Positions 56,447 to 64,000 of a stretch of DNA of 64,000 nucleotides are shown here, in pieces. Position 1 is the stretch's first letter, and every line of letters starts with the position of its first letter. The stretch covers positions 170,982 through 234,981 of the forward strand of contig CAYOCJ010000002.1 of the NCBI GenBank assembly GCA_964402565.1, given 5' to 3'. Origin of the DNA: an uncultured Gammaproteobacteria bacterium. Its GTDB lineage: Bacteria; Patescibacteriota; Patescibacteriia; UBA1558; 2-01-FULL-52-15. The position numbers and the translations under genes are program-made. The notes below the pieces were generated by a model that was not told where the DNA came from, ran no database searches, and saw nothing but the letters and a program-made list of their open reading frames with translations.

Positions 56447-59178
56447 AGCTCTATTTCATCCATCTCTGCCCAATTCTGTCCAGCTTTTACATCGACCGCG
56501 AGGGGTATTTCAAATTTTTCGACATTTTCCATCGCTTGCTTGATAGCATTTGCTGCTTTCGTGATATCTTCCTTCGCAACTTCAAATACCAATTCATCAT
56601 GCACTTGCAGAAGCATTTTCGCCGGCAACGTGCCGTTTGTGATTTCTCTTGCGCACGCGATCATGGCAAGTTTCATAAGATCAGCAGCAGTGCCCTGCAA
56701 CGGCATATTGATGGCCATGCGCTCTGCTTGCGCAACCAGCATCGGCGCGGAAGAGTATATTTCTGGTAAACGGCGTTTGCGACCATAGATAGTGGTGACG
56801 AAGCCATGCGCATGAGCAAATGATTTGGTATCATCGAGATATTTTTTCAGTTTTTTGTAAAGCCCGAAATACTTTTCGATAAATTCCTTTGCTTCGAGAC
56901 GTGTGATGCCAGTGCGTTGCGACAGGCCTGTAGAGCCAAGGCCGTAAATGACGCCGAAGTTTACTTCTTTTGCTGTGCGGCGGATATCCGGCGTGACCTT
57001 CGCAAGCGGTATACCATGAATTTCGGCTGCAGTCCGTGCATGAATATCTTCGCCCTTCTTGAAGCTCGCAAGCATGGTTGGGTCTTTCGAAATGATAGCA
57101 GCAAGCCGAAGCTCGATCTGGGAATAATCCGCTGAGATCAGTACTTTACCTTTTGGCGCGATGAAGGCTTTGCGAATAGCGCGGCCTAGTTCAGTGCGAA
57201 CAGGGATATTTTGGAGATTCGGGTTATTTGAAGAAAGCCTGCCAGTGGCCGCCACAGTTTGATTATAATCAGTATGAATACGTTTATCATCAATGTCTAT
57301 TTCATCGGGGAGCGTGGTGACATAGGTATTCATGAGTTTCGTCAACTCGCGATATTCGAGGATGAGGTTGATGATCGGGTGTGCTGTGCGTAATTTCTCT
57401 AACTCGTCTGCTGCAGTAGAGAGGCCGGTTTTTTTTCGTTTGATGCCTTTGCTATCGATAGCAAGTTTCTCGAATAAGATCTCTTTCAGTTGAAGCGGTG
57501 AGGCGATATTGAATTCAGAGCCAGCAAGCCCGTGGATCCTTTTTTTCAGGGTTTCTACGCGCTTGCCCAATTCTTTTTCCATTATTTTCAGATACGGGAC
57601 ATCAAGCAGGATGCCGTCATGCTCCATGTGCGCGAGTATCGGTATGAGCGGCGTATCGATCTTTTCCAAGACGAGATCTAGTTTTTCTTTCTTGATCAAT
57701 GGTTCAAGTTTTTCATAGAGCCGGAAGCACATATCGGCATCAGCTGCGCCATACTGTGCGAGCTTGTCAGGATCGATGGCTTTAATATCCAAATTCTTCT
57801 TTTTTTTGGGCTTATCATCAGCAGGAGCATCAACTAAGTCAGTCAGTGTTTGCATTTGCGCGCCAAGATAGGTGAATGCCAGCTCTTCGATTTTCAGGCT
57901 GCGATCAGGGTGGAGGAGGTATCCTGCAAGCAAGGTATCATAGTACAGACCCTGCATCTCGAGCCCGAAATGGCTGAGTATTTGATAGTCGTATTTGATA
58001 TTGTGTCCGATCTTTTGTATCTTTTCATTCTCAATAATAGGACCGAGATGTTTTTTGAAAGCATCTTTCTGCTCAGCGGTCCTCGTGTGAATGAAGACTG
58101 CTTTTTTTGCGCCCCAGGAAATACTGGAGCCCAGGATTTCTGCATGCAAGGTATCGAGTCCGGTGGTTTCAGTATCGATGGCTATCATTTTTTCCCTGGC
58201 GAGACTCGCGGCAAGTTTTTTCATGCCGGCTTCAGTGTCGATGACCTCGTATACCAAAGTCGCCTTCTTTTTCGCCGGCGCTATGGCGGTTGCGATGCTC
58301 GAGCCATTGCTATTCGGCAACTTTGCTAAGAGCGATTTAAATTCAAGCTTCTGGAAGAGTTTGGTAACTTTCGCAAGATCAAAGTTATTGATATTCGCTT
58401 TTTCCAGATCAAACTTTACTTTCAGGTCGGTAATGATCGTTGCCAGCATCTTGCTCTGGAAAGCCATGTCTTTCTGGTCTTTCAGAAGTTGCCGGGTACG
58501 ATCTTTGATCTTCTTTGATTCTATATTTTTATAAATGCCCTCGAGGGTATCAAAATTTTTCAGCAGATCAATGGCACCCTTCTCGCCAATGCCTTTGACG
58601 CCGGGGATATTGTCTGAGGCATCGCCTTTGAGCGATTTCAGATCGATAATTTGTTTCGGCGTGAGCTCGAAGCGAGCTTTCACCGCAGCTTCATTGTAGA
58701 TCAAAGTATCGTTGATGCTCTGGCGCATGGTATAGACCACAACCTTTTTATTTATCAGCTGCAAGGTATCCATATCGCCGGAAACGATGATGACTTCGAG
58801 GTCTTTTTCCTTTGCACATTGCGCGGCGACAGAACCAATCACATCATCAGCCTCGTATCCTGGAATACCAAGCTTCGGGATGTTCAGCGCTTCGAGAATA
58901 TCTTCGATGATCGAGATCTGATCGATGAAGTCCTTATCCGGAGCTTCACGCTGGGCTTTATATTCTTTGTACTCCTTATGCCTGAATGTTTCACCCGGCA
59001 GATCAAAAGCCGCCACGATGTAATCAGGCTTCAATTCTTTCATGAGACGGAGCAGTATAGCAGAGAAGCCATACGCCGCGTTGACCATCAATCCGTCCTT
59101 CGTCGTCAATGTCGGCGGTATCGCATGATAGGCGCGATGTAATAATGCAAAGGTATCGATGATGGCAAGCTTTTTCAT
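56443..59178 (-). CDS. polA: DNA polymerase I
   Basis: 5'-3' exo (RAYHA, GYEADD), 3'-5' exo DTETT, polymerase TGRLSS, ADYSQIELR and QVHDEL; start MKKLAIIDT. Confidence 0.98.
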   Translation of the reverse strand: MKKLAIIDTFALLHRAYHAIPPTLTTKDGLMVNAAYGFSAILLRLMKELKPDYIVAAFDLPGETFRHKEYKEYKAQREAPDKDFIDQISIIEDILEALNIPKLGIPGYEADDVIGSVAAQCAKEKDLEVIIVSGDMDTLQLINKKVVVYTMRQSINDTLIYNEAAVKARFELTPKQIIDLKSLKGDASDNIPGVKGIGEKGAIDLLKNFDTLEGIYKNIESKKIKDRTRQLLKDQKDMAFQSKMLATIITDLKVKFDLEKANINNFDLAKVTKLFQKLEFKSLLAKLPNSNGSSIATAIAPAKKKATLVYEVIDTEAGMKKLAASLAREKMIAIDTETTGLDTLHAEILGSSISWGAKKAVFIHTRTAEQKDAFKKHLGPIIENEKIQKIGHNIKYDYQILSHFGLEMQGLYYDTLLAGYLLHPDRSLKIEELAFTYLGAQMQTLTDLVDAPADDKPKKKKNLDIKAIDPDKLAQYGAADADMCFRLYEKLEPLIKKEKLDLVLEKIDTPLIPILAHMEHDGILLDVPYLKIMEKELGKRVETLKKRIHGLAGSEFNIASPLQLKEILFEKLAIDSKGIKRKKTGLSTAADELEKLRTAHPIINLILEYRELTKLMNTYVTTLPDEIDIDDKRIHTDYNQTVAATGRLSSNNPNLQNIPVRTELGRAIRKAFIAPKGKVLISADYSQIELRLAAIISKDPTMLASFKKGEDIHARTAAEIHGIPLAKVTPDIRRTAKEVNFGVIYGLGSTGLSQRTGITRLEAKEFIEKYFGLYKKLKKYLDDTKSFAHAHGFVTTIYGRKRRLPEIYSSAPMLVAQAERMAINMPLQGTAADLMKLAMIACAREITNGTLPAKMLLQVHDELVFEVAKEDITKAANAIKQAMENVEKFEIPLAVDVKAGQNWAEMDEIEL

Positions 59179-59310
59179 AGGCGTATAGTAGCAGAGTAGG
59201 TTAAAAAAACAATTGACGGAAAAGCCGCTCCTTGCTAGGCTAGCCGGTACTTCGATGCATGGTGTATCGATGTTTTTTTGTCCTTTTCTCAACTGAAAGC
59301 GAGGTGCGCC

Positions 59311-60120
59311 GTGTCCGGCAAGCATACCTGGCTTCTCTTCGAAGCCATCAGAAAGTCGAAGGGCGAGAACATCCCCAAGCGTGGAGCGCTTCTGGTCTCG
59401 AACAGCTCCATGCTTTTCGTGAAAAACCGCCATTTGGATTTTTTTCTGGTACTCATGCAAAAGTACGGTGAGCAGATGAGCGTTCCCCTGCGCGTGGACA
59501 TCCAGTCGCTGCGGGTTTCTTTGCAACGCAGCTCCGGTCATCATTACTCGATGGTGGACCGCGGCGACTATCATTCCGGCTATCTGTTCGCCGTCCCGGA
59601 ACATTTCCCAGCTTCCCTGCTCCTCGCGAGTGATGCTACACCCATCGCGGAAATCCCGCCGAAGCTCGTCGTCGTACGATCAAAGACGAAAGAAAAAAAG
59701 CCGCATCCTTTGGCTGAGCATATCGTCGAGTACAACTTCACGCATAGCCATGTGGCGACGCTGACCTTCGAATTTGGCAAGGTCTGGGTGACGCGAAAAG
59801 CGTTTCGCAGATTCGAGCTCCGTTCCGGGCAGCTGAAGCGCAAGAAGAAAAATCGCGATGACTACGAGCTGTTGCTTGATCTGATAGCGGCGCTCCGGCG
59901 TTCGATCCTGGTGTACCGCAGAAACACGGTTCGCCAGCTCATCCGCTATCGATTCAAGGAAGCGAAGTACCGTATTGCGCAAGTCGGCGATGGCGGCCAC
60001 TGGGTGTTTGTCATGAGCCCCGAAGGTCTTCTGAAAACGGCCTATATCAAGAGCTACATCAGACGTCTGTATTACGCTGCGCCTCCTGAAGCAGGAACCA
60101 GCGCCAAAAAAGGAGCATGA
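59311..60120 (+). CDS. Basic hypothetical protein
   Basis: TTGACG-17-TAGGCT promoter near 59213, SD gaggtg before GTG; Arg/Lys-rich C-terminal domain. Confidence 0.6.
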   Translation: MSGKHTWLLFEAIRKSKGENIPKRGALLVSNSSMLFVKNRHLDFFLVLMQKYGEQMSVPLRVDIQSLRVSLQRSSGHHYSMVDRGDYHSGYLFAVPEHFPASLLLASDATPIAEIPPKLVVVRSKTKEKKPHPLAEHIVEYNFTHSHVATLTFEFGKVWVTRKAFRRFELRSGQLKRKKKNRDDYELLLDLIAALRRSILVYRRNTVRQLIRYRFKEAKYRIAQVGDGGHWVFVMSPEGLLKTAYIKSYIRRLYYAAPPEAGTSAKKGA

Positions 60121-60121
60121 A

Positions 60122-60616
60122 ATGAAATCGGCTCTTCGTCTGGCCCCGGTCGGGTTGTTGAACGGGAAGTTTCTGGCTACCAAGTCGATGGATTTTCCTG
60201 CGATGACCGCCCGGCAGCTCGCGGCTCTCAAGAATTTCATTGCCGTGTCGAAAGACGCGACCGAGTTTGCCCGGAAAGCGATCATCTGGATGATCGACCA
60301 AAGCGACAGGTTGACCGTACCGGTCGCATTGTCGATCGATGGATCCCATCAGGCCCTGGCAGAGGAAGTCGCGTGCGGAGCGCATGACATGAACAGCTCG
60401 CATGCCTCGACTCGCATCGGCCTGTTCCTCGACGGTATGGGTTCGCCCATGTTTCTGTACAGCCACGAGGGTTGCTACGTGGGCAGCGTTTTCGATGTGA
60501 AGGCCAAAGGCCTCACCACGTGGCTCAGCCCCGAGCTCTTCAGCGAGGAGCTTTTCAAGCCCGAGGTTCTGAGCTTCGACATCGAAGCGATCAGGGCCGT
60601 GAAGCTCGAGATGTAA
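60122..60616 (+). CDS. Hypothetical protein
   Basis: SD aaggag, 1 nt after the upstream stop, followed by a terminator at 60638-60681. Confidence 0.65.
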   Translation: MKSALRLAPVGLLNGKFLATKSMDFPAMTARQLAALKNFIAVSKDATEFARKAIIWMIDQSDRLTVPVALSIDGSHQALAEEVACGAHDMNSSHASTRIGLFLDGMGSPMFLYSHEGCYVGSVFDVKAKGLTTWLSPELFSEELFKPEVLSFDIEAIRAVKLEM

Positions 60617-60727
60617 CTTCAGTTGATTGCATCAAATTCGGCTGGGATGTCCCAAAGGGATGTCCCAGCCGACTTGTTTTTATGGATACTTTTTGTTACC
60701 GTATAGCAAGTTTTCTGAACGTGTAGT

Positions 60728-60801
60728 GGCACGATGGCCAAGTGGTAAGGCATGGGTCTGCAAAACCCTTATCGCGGGTTCGATTCCCGCTCGTGCCTCC
60801 A
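60728..60801 (+). tRNA. tRNA-Cys(GCA)
   Basis: GGCACGA acceptor stem, anticodon loop CTGCAAA, GGTTCGATTCC T-arm, CCA. Confidence 0.96.
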
Positions 60802-60857
60802 GGTTTACTTTTTTGTTTTTAGCCCGTTTTATTAGTTACAAACGAATTAAAGAAGTA

Positions 60858-61012
60858 GGGAATCGAAAGGTATCCGAAGCGGCGTCCGGTGGACGTCGAT
60901 GAGGAACCCGGCGACGAAGGAGCGACGAGCGGGAACCCGCAGGGTCGTGAGTCGCGGGTGAGGAGGATTCCCGCTCGCCGATAGGTCCTGAGCTTGCCGA
61001 AGGATGCCTCCA
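60858..61012 (+). repeat. tRNA-Cys-linked hairpin element with interrupted duplicate of the tRNA 3' end
   Basis: gggaatcgaa (antisense T-arm) ... gattcccgctcg [27-nt insert] tgcctcca. Confidence 0.8.
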
Positions 61013-61025
61013 GTCATTAACAAAG

Positions 61026-61058
61026 AAACAGCCCCGCACTTTTGTGCGGGGCTGCTTT
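61026..61058. terminator. Bidirectional terminator
   Basis: cagccccgcac-tttt-gtgcggggctg. Confidence 0.75.
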
Positions 61059-61067
61059 AGTTGATAT

Positions 61068-61553
61068 TTATAGGATTTCCATCCGAAGGTACCGTGCACC
61101 GAACGCTCGGGAGAATTGTTTGTCAGCTGACCAAATGTCTACTTGTTTGTTATAACGGATATTCATTCGGTCTTCAACGACGAAGATCTTCTCGCCATAG
61201 AGATCCGGGAAACGAACCTTGGTCCCTTTAGGCAGGTAATTGGTGGCGACGATGCCATCGCGGACCTGCGTCCCGAAAGCAGTGATGAAAGGCGTAGAGT
61301 CTGTCTGGCCGGGTTCGCTATTGTATGAGGTCACGACGATATTGATCGTTTTTTTGCTCGGTATATATGCGTCTTTGCGGGCAGCTACATGCAATAAGCT
61401 TGCCTTCGAGGCTGTGCCAGTGTCGAATACTAACGATTCAGAATTGAATTCATGGCCTTGCAGCCCCGTATACGGAAATAGTAAAGCAACAAGGGAAAAA
61501 AGCGCCATTGTGGCTAGTCGTTTCTGCGCTTTAGAATTTGCTATATGTAGCAT
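61068..61553 (-). CDS. 3D domain protein (MltA-like lytic transglycosylase fold)
   Basis: TSYNSEPGQTDSTPFITA, GIVATN..PKGT, VEDRM and VDIW. Confidence 0.85.
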   Translation of the reverse strand: MLHIANSKAQKRLATMALFSLVALLFPYTGLQGHEFNSESLVFDTGTASKASLLHVAARKDAYIPSKKTINIVVTSYNSEPGQTDSTPFITAFGTQVRDGIVATNYLPKGTKVRFPDLYGEKIFVVEDRMNIRYNKQVDIWSADKQFSRAFGARYLRMEIL

Positions 61554-61730
61554 ATAATTGCTTTTAAACAAAAAATTCCAAGCTATACTTGGAACTAGCA
61601 TACTGTTTTGTTTTTATTTCTGATTGAACACTATAGCAGATATCCGTAAATGTGTCAACCCTTGTGACGTCGCTTCAAAGAAATAAACAATTAAAAAACC
61701 AGCTGTTTATAGGGCAGCCGGCTTTTATTC

Positions 61731-62021
61731 TTACTGTGTTACCGCTTGCGTATCAGTCGCAAAATCAGGGCTTTGGAGGTTTTCCAATGAAGGCTCGCTG
61801 TTAAAGTTATACTCCTGATCCATAGAGGTCATTTCCTCGTCGATGTTATTGAGTAATTCGCTGTCGCTGCTCTTGTCATACGACGTTGCTGTCTGGTTAT
61901 TCGGGGCAAAAAGCGATGAGCCTTTATTGCCTCCATTTGGTATAACGAAAATAACTGCGAGCGCAAGGATCAGGCCTACGGCGAGTGCGATGAGAACAAT
62001 GCGATTGTATTTAGCGGTCAT
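61731..62021 (-). CDS. Small membrane-anchored acidic protein
   Basis: N-terminal TM and acidic tail. Confidence 0.6.
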   Translation of the reverse strand: MTAKYNRIVLIALAVGLILALAVIFVIPNGGNKGSSLFAPNNQTATSYDKSSDSELLNNIDEEMTSMDQEYNFNSEPSLENLQSPDFATDTQAVTQ

Positions 62022-62033
62022 AGCCGATAATAA

Positions 62034-62840
62034 TTATGGCTGTACATCTGGTGTTGACGTAGGACTTGGCGGTTTCACGCCCAACGCTGATCTCAACTTC
62101 GTGATTATCTCTCGAGATAATTTCCGAGCGTCTCTCAGATGCTGATGCGCTTCATGGAATGCCTGCAGCCCGTTGGTGAAAAGATCTTTGTGGTCGCCAG
62201 GCGTCTTGATCTGTTCGAATGCATCGCGAGCTTTGGTATAGCTATCTTCTGCAGCCTTCACTTCATCAGTAAATTGCTTATTCAGATCTATCAAGTCCTG
62301 AGATGGCTGGAAGCGCTGGAATAGTGCGCTGAATTTATCTTCGATGGCGTGGAATCGATCTATGGTTCGCCGGATGCCGCTGCCGGTGATTAGTCCGAGG
62401 TAATAGGTGACTGTGTTTTGTTTGTCCAGCCAATAGTTTTTGATCGCGGCGACCTGGTGATTAATCTCGGTATCGGTTTTTGCATTATTTGCAGTGATCG
62501 TCTGCGTCTGAATGAAGGAAATGCTTTCATTGATAGATTTAACGATGGAGGTGCGCTGATCATCGCTTAGATCTTTCGTTCCTTCGATGGCAGAACGTAA
62601 ATTTGTCAGGTAGCTGACTAGCCGCTGGCCTGCAAGCATGATAAAGGGTGCTTTGCGCTGCGTTGGTTCTGCGACTGGCTCTATTTTTTCCGCACGGATC
62701 GATTTTGGTACATTGGTCGGGCGATCAGGGTTCGTCGGATCAATGACCGGGTGCAAAGTTTCAGCAAACGCAGAAGACATCGGTGCGGTGAACAGCAGTC
62801 CGGCAAGCAAAGCAATTGTAAAGTGTTTTGATGGATGCAT
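62034..62840 (-). CDS. Secreted alpha-helical hypothetical protein
   Basis: Signal peptide ending SSAFA; heptad-like helices. Confidence 0.7.
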   Translation of the reverse strand: MHPSKHFTIALLAGLLFTAPMSSAFAETLHPVIDPTNPDRPTNVPKSIRAEKIEPVAEPTQRKAPFIMLAGQRLVSYLTNLRSAIEGTKDLSDDQRTSIVKSINESISFIQTQTITANNAKTDTEINHQVAAIKNYWLDKQNTVTYYLGLITGSGIRRTIDRFHAIEDKFSALFQRFQPSQDLIDLNKQFTDEVKAAEDSYTKARDAFEQIKTPGDHKDLFTNGLQAFHEAHQHLRDARKLSREIITKLRSALGVKPPSPTSTPDVQP

Positions 62841-62903
62841 AGTCTATGCGCCTAGCTCATTTGCAGTATAGCACAGCGCCCGTGATTTGAGAAAATTTTA
62901 CCT

Positions 62904-64000
62904 TCAGCGTGCTCGTATTTGATCTGCTTGTTCGAAATTCACTGAGAGCAGCTGCGAAATGCCGTCATTCCCCATGCTGACGCCATAGAGTATCTTTGCT
63001 TGATGCATGGTTGCCCGATTATGTGTAATGGTGATGAACTGGCTTTTATCCAGTAATTCACTGATGATCTCAGCAAAGCGGATCGAGTTTGCTTCATCGA
63101 GCGCTGCATCGACTTCGTCCAAGACGACGAATGGAGGAGGGTTATTTGCAATGATCGAGCAGATCAGGGCTATGGCAGTCATGGCCTTTTCACCTCCCGA
63201 CAGCATAGTAATGCTCGCTAATTTTTTGCCGGGCGGAGTTGCTTGAATTTCGATCGTATAGTCGAAGCGGTTATTACGGATGCGCGGCCCGGTTTTTTTC
63301 TTTTCTGTATCGGCATCTTCGTCCTCGTCGTCTGCCTCAGGATCTTCTTCGGCTTCAGGCTCTTCCTTTGGCGTTTGTATCTCGAGTATCAGCTTCGCGC
63401 TCCCGCCGTTGAACAGCCTCTTGAAGTATTTGGCGAATAGCGCATTGATATTCTTGAACGAATGCTGGAATTGCTTATTGATATGCTCATCAAGCTCCTT
63501 GATCAATTCAAGCAGAGATTTTTCTGCAGCCCTCAGGTCGGTCGTTTGTTTGGTAAGGAATTCATGTTTATCATGAACTTCGGTATATTCTTTGACCGTT
63601 TCGGTGTCGATGCCGCCAATGATATTGAGCTGTTTTTTTAGGGTTTCGATCTGCTCTCGCACTTGCTCGGCATGCACAGTGCCGAATTCTTTTTGTACCG
63701 TAAAGCCCGGTGCTTCTTGAGTAATTTCGCGGTCCAGCTCTTCTTTCCGCGTTTCAAGCTTCGCGAGATCAACCTTGACCCCGGTCAATGCATTGTTCTT
63801 AACGGTCGAATCGAATTGCAAGGTGCGCAGCTTTTTTTGGATACTCAACAGCTCTTTCTTTTTTTCCTCCTCAAGCGTATTGAAATTGTCTATTTCATTT
63901 CTGAGCTTCTGTATCGATGATTCCTTTGCCTGCAATTCTTTCTCAATCAATGCCAGTTCTTCTGCTATCGAGCTCCGATCACCTTTAGCATCGCCCAGTT
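62904..64000 (-). CDS. smc: Chromosome segregation protein SMC, 3' part (5' end outside window)
   Basis: Coiled coil, then LSGGEK signature, VVLDEVDAALD and QFITITHN. Confidence 0.93.
   Translation of the reverse strand, partial: LGDAKGDRSSIAEELALIEKELQAKESSIQKLRNEIDNFNTLEEEKKKELLSIQKKLRTLQFDSTVKNNALTGVKVDLAKLETRKEELDREITQEAPGFTVQKEFGTVHAEQVREQIETLKKQLNIIGGIDTETVKEYTEVHDKHEFLTKQTTDLRAAEKSLLELIKELDEHINKQFQHSFKNINALFAKYFKRLFNGGSAKLILEIQTPKEEPEAEEDPEADDEDEDADTEKKKTGPRIRNNRFDYTIEIQATPPGKKLASITMLSGGEKAMTAIALICSIIANNPPPFVVLDEVDAALDEANSIRFAEIISELLDKSQFITITHNRATMHQAKILYGVSMGNDGISQLLSVNFEQADQIRAR

Noticed and set aside
59179-59604. 142-aa N-terminal extension of PolA
   Set aside because: It overlaps a divergent gene, and a -10 box lies 6 nt before ATG 59178, where PolA homology begins.

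Overview
Bacterial chromosome segment using genetic code 11. It is most likely from a Candidate Phyla Radiation (Patescibacteria) organism, judged from the type IV pilus genes with long prepilins, CPR-like surface repeats, sparse metabolism and leaderless housekeeping genes (inference). Core genes include guaA, pilB/pilC with minor pilins, an O-antigen ligase-like gene and a flippase, recA, a rodZ-like gene, ftsK, rpoC, rpoB, rarA, femAB, ruvA, uvrB, truB, rpsT, holA, polA and the 3' end of smc, plus tRNA-Ser(CGA) and tRNA-Cys(GCA). The most striking structure is a ~3.9 kb recombinase-less cassette at 6177-10099. It is bounded by perfect 261-bp palindrome-rich inverted repeats, sits exactly at the tRNA-Ser CCA end, and carries a PAP2-LssY_C / DedA / GT2 lipid-carrier module. 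Both tRNAs are also followed by a small element of shared architecture: an antisense T-arm copy, a ~100 nt spacer, then a duplicate of that tRNA's own 3' end. Other points of note are a RibL-like nucleotidyltransferase-TruB fusion, a DedA gene with no canonical start that lies in frame behind a single TGA, a beta-barrel-like protein in a probable monoderm, a possible leaderless uORF ahead of rpoB, and several SD-led accessory islets. No CRISPR array, rRNA, transposase or integrase gene was seen. All calls come from reading motifs by eye; no database search was run.
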